NCBI GenBank assembly: GCA_902525575.1
Contig: CABZHU010000003.1
Location: forward strand, 12,109-76,108
DNA length: 64,000 nucleotides
DNA from: an uncultured Pelagibacteraceae bacterium
GTDB lineage: Bacteria; Pseudomonadota; Alphaproteobacteria; Pelagibacterales; AG-422-B15
Direction of reading: 5' to 3'
Shown in pieces: positions 1-10,725 of this stretch. A program made the translations under genes and the position numbers. Below the pieces are notes generated by a model. The model searched no databases and was not told where the DNA came from. It saw only the letters and a list, made by a program, of their open reading frames with translations. Position 1 is the stretch's first letter; each line of letters starts with the position of its first letter.

Positions 1-752
1 GCAGCCCCATGTGAGCAAACGACATCATCATTATTAATTTCTAAGATTGGTGTTAAATTTATTTTTGACTCATCAGACATAACTAAACCTTTACTTATTT
101 GACTAGATACCGTTTCTGAACAATCGTCATCTACAAAAACCTTTCCTTTAAATGTAACATTAGATTTGCCTCGTGAAACTGTTTTGAAAGAACAATCAGA
201 TATGGCCGACCGTGACATATGAGAAATATCAAGTTGATTTTTACAATTAGTAGAGTCTGCAATTACCACCCCACTACCAATATATTTAGAATTTTTTTCG
301 TTTAATGAAATTTTAGTAATATTAGACATTTCTTTTGAGCCATTTGAGAAGTTAAAATCTCTGAAAATACAGTTAGATTGAAGATCACAATTGTGAACAA
401 AAGAATTCTTTGTTGATACATTAAATTTGTTAAATCTATATAGTTCAAATACAGCATTTGGTCTCATAATGGTATTCATTTTAATTTCAGTAGTACCTTC
501 ATAGTTTGCTTCATCTATAAATTCTAGTGTTGCATTATCGTCTATTTGAAGGTTGATCGTTGCTTTGATATCTTGCTTTTCATTACATGTTAAATGTATA
601 CGATTATTGATTTTAGATTTTTTAATTTCAATATCTATAATCGGACTATTCTCACCGATTGAACAGTTTATCTTAATTTCATCAGAAGGATTCTGAATAT
701 TAATCTTTTCAGATATTTCTATGATACAATCTAAAGAGCTTACTGATTTCAT
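1..752 (-). CDS. sufD: Fe-S cluster assembly protein SufD (3' end outside window)
   Basis: Not in ORF track. ATG at 752 overlaps the sufC TGA; translation MKSVSSLDC...TFKGKVFV...PILEINNDDVVCSHGA matches the SufD C-terminal motif; follows sufB-sufC. Confidence 0.9.
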   Translation of the reverse strand, partial: MKSVSSLDCIIEISEKINIQNPSDEIKINCSIGENSPIIDIEIKKSKINNRIHLTCNEKQDIKATINLQIDDNATLEFIDEANYEGTTEIKMNTIMRPNAVFELYRFNKFNVSTKNSFVHNCDLQSNCIFRDFNFSNGSKEMSNITKISLNEKNSKYIGSGVVIADSTNCKNQLDISHMSRSAISDCSFKTVSRGKSNVTFKGKVFVDDDCSETVSSQISKGLVMSDESKINLTPILEINNDDVVCSHGA

Positions 753-1483
753 TTAACCTCATACCCTTCATTATCTATTCTTGAAGCTAAAGATTTATCT
801 CCAGACTCTATTATAGAACCATCACCAAAAACGTGGACATGATCAGGCTCGATATATTCTAGCAGTCTCAAGTAGTGAGTTATTATTAAGAATGACCTTT
901 TCCCATCTCTTAGTTTATTTACAGCTTCTGAAGTACTTTTAAGTGCGTCAACATCTAATCCAGAATCGGTCTCATCCATTATAATTAAACTTGGATCAAG
1001 CAAGTCCATTTGAAGGACCTCATTTTTCTTTTTTTCTCCACCTGAAAATCCTGCATTTACAAATCTGCTGTGCATTTCCATAGGAATATTTAAGTTTCTT
1101 GATTTTTCTTTTAGTATTTTCAAAAACTCACCTGCATCTATTGGATTTTCTCCTCGAGATTTTCTGTGTGCGTTTAGAATTTGCTTTAGATAAGATGCAT
1201 TTGTAACACCGGGCAGTTCAATTGGATACTGAAAAGCCAAAAACAACCCTAGAAGCGATCTTTCATAAGGATCTTTTGCTATAAGGTCTTCATTCTTGAA
1301 ATCTACATTTCCAGCTTCAACTAAATAATTAGGCTTTCCTGCTAATGTATGCGCAATTGTACTTTTACCAGAGCCATTAGGACCCATAATTGCATGAACT
1401 TCACCTGGACCAATTTTTAAATTTAGATTTTTTATAATCTGTTTATCTTCAACCGATACGTCTAGATTTTTAATTTCTAACAT
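749..1483 (-). CDS. sufC: Fe-S cluster assembly ATPase SufC
   Basis: Walker A GPNGSGKS, AFQYPIELPGV, GFSGGEKK, DETDSGLDVD; start placed at MLEIKNL (1483) just after the sufB stop. Confidence 0.96.
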   Translation of the reverse strand: MLEIKNLDVSVEDKQIIKNLNLKIGPGEVHAIMGPNGSGKSTIAHTLAGKPNYLVEAGNVDFKNEDLIAKDPYERSLLGLFLAFQYPIELPGVTNASYLKQILNAHRKSRGENPIDAGEFLKILKEKSRNLNIPMEMHSRFVNAGFSGGEKKKNEVLQMDLLDPSLIIMDETDSGLDVDALKSTSEAVNKLRDGKRSFLIITHYLRLLEYIEPDHVHVFGDGSIIESGDKSLASRIDNEGYEVK

Positions 1484-1484
1484 A

Positions 1485-2927
1485 TTATCCAACGCTTCCT
1501 TCAAGACTTATGCTAACAAGTTTCTGTGCTTCTACCGCAAATTCCATTGGAAGTTGTTGTAATACTTCTTTGCAAAAACCATTAACAATTAAACTTTGCG
1601 CTTCCTCAGCGTCCAGACCTCTTTGCATACAATAAAATAATTGATCGTCACTTATTTTAGAAGTCGTAGCCTCGTGCTCTAATGATGAGGTATTGGAATT
1701 ATTTTCTGTGAGAGGAATAGTATTGGCTTTGCAACTACTACCTACAAGCAAAGAGTCGCATTGAGTAAAATTTTTAGAATTTTCAGCTTTTCTATGAAAA
1801 TTAACCAAACCTCTATATGTATTTGAGGACTTACCCGCTGATATTCCCTTTGAGACAATTCTACTCTTAGTATTTTTGCCTAAATGTATCATTTTAGTGC
1901 CTGTATCAGCTTGCTGATGATTATTGGTTATTGCAACTGAATAAAATTCACCGGTTGAATTATCACCTCTTAAAATACAACTTGGATATTTCCATGTTAT
2001 CGCTGACCCAGTTTCAATTTGTGTCCATGATATTTTTGAGTTTTTTCCTTTGCAGAGGCCTCTTTTGGTCACAAAGTTGTATATCCCACCCTTACCTTCT
2101 TCATCTCCTGGGTACCAATTCTGAACTGTTGAATACTTAATTTCTGCATTATCAAGCGCTACCAACTCAACATTTGCTGCATGCAGTTGATTTTCGTCTC
2201 TCATTGGAGCTGTGCACCCCTCAAGATAACTAACATAACTACCTTCATCTGCAATTATGAGTGTTCTCTCAAATTGACCTGTTTCTGAGGCATTGATTCT
2301 GAAGTATGTTGAGAGCTCCATAGGGCATTTAACATTTTTAGGAATGTAAACAAATGATCCATCACTAAATACCGCTGAATTTAAAGTTGCATAAAAATGG
2401 TCTGTTACGGGAATTACTGAACCAATATATTTTTTAACTAAATCAGGATGCTTTTGTATTGCCTCAGAAATTGGAGAAAATATAACACCTATTTCATTCA
2501 ATTTTTCTTTAAAAGTGGTTGCAACTGATACGCTGTCAAAAACAGCATCTACCGCAACACCAGCTAATGCTTCTTGCTCTTTCAATGGAATTCCTAATTT
2601 CTCATACGTTTCTAAAAGCTTAGGATCAACTTCTTCAAGAGATTTTGGCTTTTCTTTAAAATCTTTCGGTGATGAATAGTAATATAAATCTTGAAAATCA
2701 ATGTCAGCTATATTTGCACGAGCCCATTTTGGTACCTCCATGCTTTTCAGACGCTCATAAGCAGCTAGTCTCCATTCAAGCATCCATTTAGGTTCATTTT
2801 TTTTACTAGAAATTAACTTAATAACTTCTTCGTTAAGACCTTTTGGAATTTTTTCATCTTCAATTTCAGTTACAAATCCATATTTATAAGCATCTTGCTT
2901 AAAATTATCTTTATTTATTTTATTCAC
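1485..2927 (-). CDS. sufB: Fe-S cluster assembly protein SufB
   Basis: [52 protein letters not shown] terminus. Confidence 0.97.
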   Translation of the reverse strand: MNKINKDNFKQDAYKYGFVTEIEDEKIPKGLNEEVIKLISSKKNEPKWMLEWRLAAYERLKSMEVPKWARANIADIDFQDLYYYSSPKDFKEKPKSLEEVDPKLLETYEKLGIPLKEQEALAGVAVDAVFDSVSVATTFKEKLNEIGVIFSPISEAIQKHPDLVKKYIGSVIPVTDHFYATLNSAVFSDGSFVYIPKNVKCPMELSTYFRINASETGQFERTLIIADEGSYVSYLEGCTAPMRDENQLHAANVELVALDNAEIKYSTVQNWYPGDEEGKGGIYNFVTKRGLCKGKNSKISWTQIETGSAITWKYPSCILRGDNSTGEFYSVAITNNHQQADTGTKMIHLGKNTKSRIVSKGISAGKSSNTYRGLVNFHRKAENSKNFTQCDSLLVGSSCKANTIPLTENNSNTSSLEHEATTSKISDDQLFYCMQRGLDAEEAQSLIVNGFCKEVLQQLPMEFAVEAQKLVSISLEGSVG

Positions 2928-3363
2928 TTATCGCTCTCCTCTCACCAGAAATACTATATCCTTCGGTTAGATCACTTAAATAAACTGAGTTTAGATAATT
3001 TCCAATTACACCCTCTAAATTTTCCCAGAAATTGTGCGTTAAGCATTTTTTACCTGTACCCGAACAAGAGGATTTTGGGTCGTTACCACAACCAGTGGTT
3101 TTTATTTGCTCATCAATAGCATTAAAAATATCAAGTATTCTAATTTCATTTGACTCTTTATTTAGCTTGTAGCCTCCACCAGGGCCCTTCTGGCTTTTAA
3201 CGAGATTTGCTCTCTTTAAATCATTAAAAATTTGCTCAAGATACGAAAGTGAAATATTTTGCCTGACTGAAACGTGAGACAAGTTACACGGAGTATTTTC
3301 ACCAAACTTAGCTATATCTACCATTGCTAAAACTGCATATCTTCCTTTAGATGTAATTTTCAT
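2920..3363 (-). CDS. iscR: Rrf2-family Fe-S regulator IscR
   Basis: [27 protein letters not shown] and three Cys plus His (C-x7-C-x6-C-LTH); upstream of sufB. Confidence 0.88.
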   Translation of the reverse strand: MKITSKGRYAVLAMVDIAKFGENTPCNLSHVSVRQNISLSYLEQIFNDLKRANLVKSQKGPGGGYKLNKESNEIRILDIFNAIDEQIKTTGCGNDPKSSCSGTGKKCLTHNFWENLEGVIGNYLNSVYLSDLTEGYSISGERRAISE

Positions 3364-4041
3364 TTACTTTTCCTTTATTATTTTCTCTAAGCCTGCAATT
3401 CTTTCATGAAGCTCTTTGTTATCTTTTTGAATTTGATCAACAATTGCTGTTCTGCTATCATCACCCTTACTTAACCCGTAAGCTCTAAATTTTTTCTTTC
3501 CAGTTGAGTTAGCAACTATTGTGTATCTTGCAGGATTTCCGATTACGCTTCTATTAGGATCAACATTTGTTGTAACGACAGAGTTTGAGCCAACCTTTGA
3601 ATTTTGTCCTATTGTTATTGGTCCTAAGATCTGAGCACCAGATCCAACAGTTACTTTATCTTCAAGTGTTGGATGTCTTTTTTTTTCTTTTTGGCTTGCA
3701 CTGTCTTCATTTGGAGAAATGCCTCCAAGAGTAACACCATGATATATTGTAACATCATCTCCAATCTCAGCGGTTTCGCCAATTACCACTCCCATTCCAT
3801 GATCAATAAAGAAACGAGCTCCTATTTTTGAGCCAGGGTGAATTTCGATACCAGTTATTAACCTACCTAAATAAGAAATTATTTTTGCGAAAAATTGAAG
3901 TTTTAAAGACCACAGGAAATTTGACAGGCGATATATGCCAATAGCATGTAAGCCTGGAGAGGTGAAAAACACATCAATCCTACCTTTTGCAGCCGGGTCT
4001 CTCTCAATATAAGAGTCAATTAAATCAATGATTTTACTCAT
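3364..4041 (-). CDS. cysE: Serine O-acetyltransferase
   Basis: [34 protein letters not shown] hexapeptide-repeat signature. Confidence 0.95.
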   Translation of the reverse strand: MSKIIDLIDSYIERDPAAKGRIDVFFTSPGLHAIGIYRLSNFLWSLKLQFFAKIISYLGRLITGIEIHPGSKIGARFFIDHGMGVVIGETAEIGDDVTIYHGVTLGGISPNEDSASQKEKKRHPTLEDKVTVGSGAQILGPITIGQNSKVGSNSVVTTNVDPNRSVIGNPARYTIVANSTGKKKFRAYGLSKGDDSRTAIVDQIQKDNKELHERIAGLEKIIKEK

Positions 4042-4104
4042 TTTAAAAAAAAGCCTTGAATTTTAAATAACAAATTTAGTATACCGTCTCAGTGGTTACA
4101 TATA

Positions 4105-4129
4105 ATAACCTACTAATTTAGTCAACTAT
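4105..4129 (-). promoter_or_regulatory. IscR type-1-like operator upstream of cysE-iscR-suf
   Basis: Minus strand ATAGTTGACTAAATTAGTAGGTTAT, a 25-bp near-palindrome fitting the ATAsyyGACTrwwwyAGTCrrsTAT consensus; contains a TTGACT -35-like hexamer. Confidence 0.75.
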
Positions 4130-4142
4130 GTAGTCCTTAAAT

Positions 4143-4805
4143 ATGAATAATCAAGTCAAAGAAGTGGTTTTTACTGGTCCCGATGGCAAACTAGTAGGTA
4201 AGTACAAAAAGGGTCAGTCTTTAAATCCTCCAGTAGCTCTAATTATTCACCCCCATCCTTTATATGGAGGAACTATGAATAACCCAGTTGTAATGGACTT
4301 ATTCTCTATATTTGACTCATTGGGTTTTTCTATATTCAGATTTAACCTAAGAGGCGTTGGGAAAAGTGAAGGTAAATTCGATAATGGACTTGGAGAACTT
4401 GCAGATGCTGCAGCAGGATTAGATTGGATACAGCGACAAAACCCTAATACAAATCAATGTTGGGTAGCTGGTTTTTCATTTGGCGCACTACTTTGCATGC
4501 AATTATTAATGAGAAGGCCAGAGATCACGAGATTTATAAGCGTATCGCCTCAACCAAATCTATACGACTTCAATTTTTTAGCGCCTTGCCCGGCTTCAGG
4601 ATTAATTGTGCAAGGTAAAAAAGATGAAATGGTCGCACCAGAAGAAACTGCTCGGCTAGCAGAAAAATTAAAATCTCAGAAAAATATTACAGTTGATTAT
4701 GAAGAAATTTCAGGAGCAAATCATTTTTATGATAACGAACAAGATAGATTAGAAAAAGTTGTAAGAAAGTACATTGAAAAAGAGTTAAACTCTAAATATC
4801 GTTAA
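4143..4805 (+). CDS. Alpha/beta hydrolase (family usually next to isc/suf loci)
   Basis: HPHPLYGGTMNN, GFSFG nucleophile elbow, GANHF His; divergent from cysE. Confidence 0.88.
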   Translation: MNNQVKEVVFTGPDGKLVGKYKKGQSLNPPVALIIHPHPLYGGTMNNPVVMDLFSIFDSLGFSIFRFNLRGVGKSEGKFDNGLGELADAAAGLDWIQRQNPNTNQCWVAGFSFGALLCMQLLMRRPEITRFISVSPQPNLYDFNFLAPCPASGLIVQGKKDEMVAPEETARLAEKLKSQKNITVDYEEISGANHFYDNEQDRLEKVVRKYIEKELNSKYR

Positions 4806-5888
4806 TTAATTTACTTTACCCCCCGTTACCGGATATTTTACTCCAGTAGTACTAGGAAATGAAATTGGAAGATCCTTAATTCTTCTGATGCCCAAATAAG
4901 CAAATGCCTGTGATTCAATAAAGTCTGAATTTAAATTTAAATGATCAGCAGTTAATAATTTGCCTATAAAAATCTCCTGCATTAATTTGATCACATATTT
5001 ATTTTTTGATCCACCGCCTGAAACAATTAAATATTTCGCATTAAATCTATTAGCTTCTTTTATTATTGTGAGGGCAGTAAATGCTGAAATTGTTGCACAA
5101 GCATCATTAAAATTTAATTTCATAAATGGATTGAGAGAAAAATAATTACGATCTAAAGATTTATTCTTTTTTTTTCGAAAATATTTATCACTCATTAGTT
5201 TCTTGAGAATTTTTAGATTTGCCTTTCCTTTTGCGGAATGTTTACCACCTTTATCAAAGTTAATTTTTTTCTTTAAAATCATGTACTGATCTAGAAGACA
5301 CATGCCTGGACCAGTGTCATAAGCATAAATATATTTTTGATCATCTAGAACTGTTATGTTTGATACTCCGCCAATATTGACAAAACATACTGGCGGAGTA
5401 ATTTTTAATTTTTTCTTAAGTAATTGGTGAAATATTGGAGTAAGTGGAGCACCTTGCCCCCCCAAAGATAAATCTTTTTGTCTGAAATCACTTACGATAG
5501 GTAATTTAAAGCTACTTTTGATTTTTAGTTCGTCACAAAGCTGTATAGATGATTTGTTTATAGGGTCATGAAATACAGTTTGACCATGCAAGGCGATCAA
5601 ATCTATCTTTGATAAATTCTGCTCTTTTAGAAAATTATTGAGTGCAGTAATATATTCATAAGTCACTAATTCTTCAGTTCTACTAATAAGTGCTAATGAG
5701 TGCTTAGAGACTGAAAACGAATCTACAAGTTTTGATAAAATTGTTTTTGTAGATTTCTTATAATTATAAAACTTTGATTTAATGTGTTTATAAGATTTTT
5801 TGCCATCTGATAAAATAAGAGAGATATCAACGCCATCCATAGAAGTACCGCTCATTACCCCAACGGCTAAAAACTTATTCTTAATCAT
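4806..5888 (-). CDS. anmK: Anhydro-N-acetylmuramic acid kinase
   Basis: GVMSGTSMDGVD, HGQTVFH, GGQGAPL, NIGGVSN, DTGPG, ESQAFAYL. Confidence 0.95.
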   Translation of the reverse strand: MIKNKFLAVGVMSGTSMDGVDISLILSDGKKSYKHIKSKFYNYKKSTKTILSKLVDSFSVSKHSLALISRTEELVTYEYITALNNFLKEQNLSKIDLIALHGQTVFHDPINKSSIQLCDELKIKSSFKLPIVSDFRQKDLSLGGQGAPLTPIFHQLLKKKLKITPPVCFVNIGGVSNITVLDDQKYIYAYDTGPGMCLLDQYMILKKKINFDKGGKHSAKGKANLKILKKLMSDKYFRKKKNKSLDRNYFSLNPFMKLNFNDACATISAFTALTIIKEANRFNAKYLIVSGGGSKNKYVIKLMQEIFIGKLLTADHLNLNSDFIESQAFAYLGIRRIKDLPISFPSTTGVKYPVTGGKVN

Positions 5889-5941
5889 ATATTTTGTATA
5901 ATAATTGCAAATAATTTATATATTAGTGAAAAATAAAGAAA

Positions 5942-7183
5942 ATGACATTAATTGAAGAATTAAAATTTCGTGGTTTCCTTAATCAGTGTACCAATGAAGA
6001 AACTTTGAATGAAATAATTAATTCAAACAAAATAAAATTTTATATTGGTTTCGATTGTACGGCTAAATCCTTACATGTAGGAAGTCTTATTCAAATTATG
6101 ATAATGAGGCTATTTCAAAAGTATGGCCATACACCTATTGTTCTTATCGGAAAAGGTACAACGCGAATTGGAGATCCATCAGGCAAAGATGAAACAAGAA
6201 AAATTTTATCTGATGATGAAATAGACTCAAATGCAAAAAATCTAAAACATGTCTTTGATAAATTTCTTGCATCAAATAATGATGAATCTGATTGGATAAC
6301 TAGAGATAATTCAGAATGGTTAGATAAACTAAACTATGTCAATTTCCTAAGAGATTATGGCAAGCATTTTACAATAAATAAAATGTTAAGCTTTGATAGC
6401 GTAAAAATTAGACTTGATAGAGAACAGTCGCTTAATTTCGTTGAATTTAATTATATGATATTTCAAGCATATGACTTCTTTGAATTAAATAATAGAGATA
6501 ACTGCATACTACAAATAGGTGGATCAGACCAGTGGGGAAACATTGTAAATGGTGTTGAGTTAATAAGAAGAGCAAGCAGTAAAGAAACATTTGGACTAAC
6601 CACACCTCTATTAACTAATGCTAATGGAGATAAAATGGGTAAAACAGCAGATGGAGCCATATGGCTTAATGAAGATATGTTATCTGCATATGATTATTGG
6701 CAGTTTTGGAGAAACGTAGATGACCGTGACGTTATAAGGTTTTTAAAATTGTTCACTGATCTAAGTAAAAAGGAAATTGAGTCTATAGAAAAAACAAATG
6801 CCAATAATGTAAATGAAACAAAAATAATATTAGCTAACGAAGCTACTGCCATGCTTCATGGTCTTGAGAAAGCAAAGAAATCACATGAAATGGCTAAAAA
6901 TATTTTTACTAATGAAAATCTAAATGTGGATTTACCAACAATAAAACTAAGATCAGAAGAATTAAATAATGAAGTTCTACTTTCTGATCTGATTTTAAGA
7001 ATTAATTTTGCTTCCTCAAAATCTGCAAGCAGGAAACTAATCAGAGGTAATGCAGTTAAAATTGATAAAGAACTAATAAAAGATGAACTTTTTTCAGTTA
7101 ACGGATTGCTAAGCAATAGTTCAAATGGACTTATAATAAGTGTTGGCAAAAAAAAATACTTTAGGGTTTTAGCTGCTGATTAA
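5942..7183 (+). CDS. tyrS: Tyrosine--tRNA ligase
   Basis: YIGFDCTAKSLHVGS, IGDPSG, QIGGSDQWGNI, KMGKT, C-terminal S4-like domain. Confidence 0.97.
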   Translation: MTLIEELKFRGFLNQCTNEETLNEIINSNKIKFYIGFDCTAKSLHVGSLIQIMIMRLFQKYGHTPIVLIGKGTTRIGDPSGKDETRKILSDDEIDSNAKNLKHVFDKFLASNNDESDWITRDNSEWLDKLNYVNFLRDYGKHFTINKMLSFDSVKIRLDREQSLNFVEFNYMIFQAYDFFELNNRDNCILQIGGSDQWGNIVNGVELIRRASSKETFGLTTPLLTNANGDKMGKTADGAIWLNEDMLSAYDYWQFWRNVDDRDVIRFLKLFTDLSKKEIESIEKTNANNVNETKIILANEATAMLHGLEKAKKSHEMAKNIFTNENLNVDLPTIKLRSEELNNEVLLSDLILRINFASSKSASRKLIRGNAVKIDKELIKDELFSVNGLLSNSSNGLIISVGKKKYFRVLAAD

Positions 7184-9632
7184 CTTGATTTAAGTTAATT
7201 GACTCTAAAGCCCTTTCAATAATGCGAGGCTTAATTATTGTGAGTGGGTTTGAAGAAACTTCAGGATTATCAACATCACCTGTTAAACTAAAATCAATGG
7301 AAAACAATCCTTCGCCCTCGTTGCCAATTATAATTGGCCCTATAATTGGCACATTCTGAATTATAGCATTAACTAAATGCATAGGACTTATCTCACCTGA
7401 CATATCAACTATAGATTCCTCTCGTTCAATTTCACCTTCCATAACTAATCCAATGCTGTCACTTACTGCAAATGCATCAATATTTTTAAATTTTTTTTCA
7501 TTTTCGGTGTAGCTAATTTGACCATAACCAAAGCGAATTCCCTCTTCTCCTTCTGCAATGCTCACTAACCCTGAAATCGATGGCAGCGATAAAATTTTTA
7601 GTGAAGCTGGTGAATTTATTAGTACAAAATCTCTAAGATCAATATCAACTTTAGCATCCATTGTATTCAAATCACGAACTGACTTCATTTTCAATTCACC
7701 ATCACTTAAAAGTTTTTTAGCAGGATGGCTGCTATTTACAAAATGCGTAATGTCACTTGAACTTATCAGATTAATATCAACCTTTTCATTTTTTTCTCGA
7801 GAGTAGTCTAAAGAATGATTATTAATGCTAGCTTTGCTATTTACTGATAAAAGATCCCCCTGCTTTGATATCCCAGCCTTAAAATCATTAACAATCACAC
7901 CTCCTGCAAAAATTGCCTCTTTTGTTTTTATTTTGTAGTTTTCTTTTGAAAGATAATGATCTTTTATCTTTTGGTTTGAGGAAATCTTATTCATTGACAA
8001 ATCTATTACATCCCCGTAAATGTCAAGATTTAAAACTCGCTTGGACAAATCACCTGAGATATTAATTTTTATATTTTTTTTATTGTTAATATTCAATGAC
8101 TCTAGAAAAAGATGATTTGTTCTAGAAATTCTTATTTTACCATCTAATTCAATTTGACTATCAATGGATTTGAAATTGATTTCACTATCATTATTGCCCT
8201 TTATATTTGAGTCAAAGTTTATCTTTAAGGCTTCATTGCCTAACTTATTTAAATTTATTTGTCTTATATAGGCCCCAATATTAGTTAAATCTAACTCTCC
8301 TTTTATTATTGGATTATCTGCAAAAAAATTATTTATTTGAATATCATAGCTTATTGATCCAAATGTATAATTTGGATTTTCATTATCATCAAATATGAAA
8401 TTAGAATCAATTGTTCCTTGTGATTTAATTTTAAGATTTAAGATAGACTTCTCAATATCAACGGCTTGTGGATTAAAGTCAAAATTTAATACTAAATTGT
8501 TTTCCTCGTTTAAATTTTTCTTTAAAAAATCTGAAGCTCTATTTGTATTACCCTTTCTTGTTGAGATTGACATATTTATATATTCTAAAACTGCTTTTTT
8601 GCTTACTGATGTTACCAAATTAACATTTAAAGCTTGAAAGTCTTCATCTGCAATTAGATAGCTTCCTTTTTTGAACGACACTTTGTCGTTTTTAAAATCT
8701 AAAAATTTGACTTTAAATTGGTCCTCAACCTTTTGCATCTCTACATTATAAGAAGTAATGTTTCCAAAATTCTTATAAAATTTATTCATTGGTAGTATTT
8801 CTTTCAGTTGATAAATACCAGAGAGATTTAATTTCATTCCTTCTAGGAAATCTTTTAAAAGTGATTTTTCTATATACTTGAATTCTGATGTCAATAAAAC
8901 AGACTGCCAACCAACAAACCCTGAAACAACTCTATCTAATTCTGAGTTATTAGTTATATTTAGAAGTTTCTTAAGTGGTTCTTTTTTTGTTTTAATTTCT
9001 ATTTTTATGAGCCATAATTTTTTTTCTAAGTCAAATTTTATATAACTTGGACCGGATATAAATATATCCCCATAGTTAAAGCCTAAAACATCTAATTCCC
9101 TTTCAACAAAATCGTAAGTAAAATCAAGATTAAATTTTTCATATAATATATCATCTCCTGTCACTGAATCTGATGATATAGAAATTTCTGAATACTGCAC
9201 ATTTCTGAGAGAATTAGCTTTGATTTCTAACATATTTCCTTGCAAAACAATTTCATTACTTATCTGACCTGATTTGACGAAAATCTTGTCAATCATTACT
9301 TTTATAAACTGTTCATCATTATTGAAAAAAAGATCTTTTAAGTCAAAATCAATTATGATGCGGTTTGCGCTGAATGATGTACTATCACTGATAGATAAAT
9401 CTGCTTTTGAAACATTAATAAATAGACCATCATCTTCGTTGTACATTAATATGTAATCATCAGAGTTAAGGGCGATCTCATGTTCAGTTTTAAGATATGA
9501 TGATAATCTTTGCTCTAAAAAATTAACACTTAAGCCTCCAAAAATTACTTTCGCAGCAACACCGATAATAACTACAGTGACCACCACCAGTACAGTGGAA
9601 ATGATATATAAAAACAAATATTTTTTACTCAC
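7161..9632 (-). CDS. AsmA-like / YhdP-type envelope protein
   Basis: N-terminal TM anchor, beta-rich body, C-terminal VPIIGPIIIG-x-EGEGLFSIDF...NPLT typical of the AsmA-like C-terminus; conserved position beside tyrS. Confidence 0.72.
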   Translation of the reverse strand: MSKKYLFLYIISTVLVVVTVVIIGVAAKVIFGGLSVNFLEQRLSSYLKTEHEIALNSDDYILMYNEDDGLFINVSKADLSISDSTSFSANRIIIDFDLKDLFFNNDEQFIKVMIDKIFVKSGQISNEIVLQGNMLEIKANSLRNVQYSEISISSDSVTGDDILYEKFNLDFTYDFVERELDVLGFNYGDIFISGPSYIKFDLEKKLWLIKIEIKTKKEPLKKLLNITNNSELDRVVSGFVGWQSVLLTSEFKYIEKSLLKDFLEGMKLNLSGIYQLKEILPMNKFYKNFGNITSYNVEMQKVEDQFKVKFLDFKNDKVSFKKGSYLIADEDFQALNVNLVTSVSKKAVLEYINMSISTRKGNTNRASDFLKKNLNEENNLVLNFDFNPQAVDIEKSILNLKIKSQGTIDSNFIFDDNENPNYTFGSISYDIQINNFFADNPIIKGELDLTNIGAYIRQINLNKLGNEALKINFDSNIKGNNDSEINFKSIDSQIELDGKIRISRTNHLFLESLNINNKKNIKINISGDLSKRVLNLDIYGDVIDLSMNKISSNQKIKDHYLSKENYKIKTKEAIFAGGVIVNDFKAGISKQGDLLSVNSKASINNHSLDYSREKNEKVDINLISSSDITHFVNSSHPAKKLLSDGELKMKSVRDLNTMDAKVDIDLRDFVLINSPASLKILSLPSISGLVSIAEGEEGIRFGYGQISYTENEKKFKNIDAFAVSDSIGLVMEGEIEREESIVDMSGEISPMHLVNAIIQNVPIIGPIIIGNEGEGLFSIDFSLTGDVDNPEVSSNPLTIIKPRIIERALESINLNQVNQQLKP

Positions 9633-10723
9633 TGTTTGATTTTAAATTAGAAAATATTAATTTGTCTATGTCACCATCTAATACGGCATCTGGATCCGAA
9701 ATTTCGTAATTGCTTCGTAAATCTTTGACCATTCTATAAGGATGTAAAACATAGGATCTAATTTGATTTCCCCAACCAATTTCGGATTTTTTATCTTCTT
9801 GCGCTTTACGTTCATCGTCTATTTTTTGAACTTTAATTTCATATAATTTAGATTTAAGTAAATTTATTGCTGTTGCCTTGTTTTTATGTTGTGATCTTTC
9901 ATTTTGACATTGAACAACTATTCCAGTCGGGATATGAGTAATTCGTATAGCGCTGTCTGTGGTGTTGACATGTTGGCCGCCAGCTCCTGATGCTCTGAAT
10001 GTGTCAATTCTCATGTCCTTATCTAATAAGTTAATTTCAATAGTCTCGTCTACAAACGGTGAAATCCATACACTTGAAAAACTCGTATGCCTTCTTGAAT
10101 TTGAGTCAAAAGGGGAAATTCTAACAAGCCGATGAATACCTGACTCTTTTTTTAAATATCCAAAAGCAAAACTACCCTCTATTAATGCTGTACATGATTT
10201 AATTCCTGCTTCATCTCCTAAAGACTCATACATTAATTTAAACTTAAATTTTTTCTTTTCAGCCCATCTCATATACATTCTTAAAAGCATTTGTGCCCAG
10301 TCCTGACTCTCTGTGCCACCTGCACCAGCATGTATCTCTAAATAACAATTTTTGCTATCTGCTTCACCATTAAATTGTAATTTAAATTCATTATCTTCTA
10401 ATTCAGATAAAATAGAAGTTATTGTTGTGTGACATTCATTTATTGAGACTTCATCAGACTCTTCCTGGGCAAGATTGTGATAATCGCTTACCTCAGATAT
10501 TTTAATTTCAAAATCGCTTATAAGATTTATCTTATTTTCATTTTCACTGATGTTCATCATGACTTTTTTTGCTTCATCAGGATCTGACCAAAAATCTTGA
10601 TCTTCTGTTTTAATTCTAAGGTTGATTAATTCTTTTAATATTTTTTTCGTGTCAAAGATGACTCCGAAGAAAGTCTAATTTTTTATTTGCCAGACTAACT
10701 AAATTTGTAAATTCAATATCCAT
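9625..10723 (-). CDS. prfB: Peptide chain release factor 2 (programmed +1 frameshift)
   Basis: GGTESQDWA, SPF and GGQ motifs; true start ATG at 10723 gives MDIEFTNLVSLANKKLDFLRSHL then CTT-TGA-C, and the +1 frame continues DTKKILKE...FWSDPDEAKK into the tracked ORF. Confidence 0.96.
10651..10666 (-). other. RF2 +1 ribosomal frameshift cassette
   Basis: Minus strand CGGAGT CAT CTT TGA C: SD-like GGAG followed by the canonical CTT-TGA-C slip site at codon 23/24. Confidence 0.93.
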
Positions 10724-10725
10724 TG

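Noticed and set aside
9625-10723. prfB as a pseudogene or sequencing frameshift
   Set aside because: The break is exactly the canonical CTT-TGA-C programmed site.
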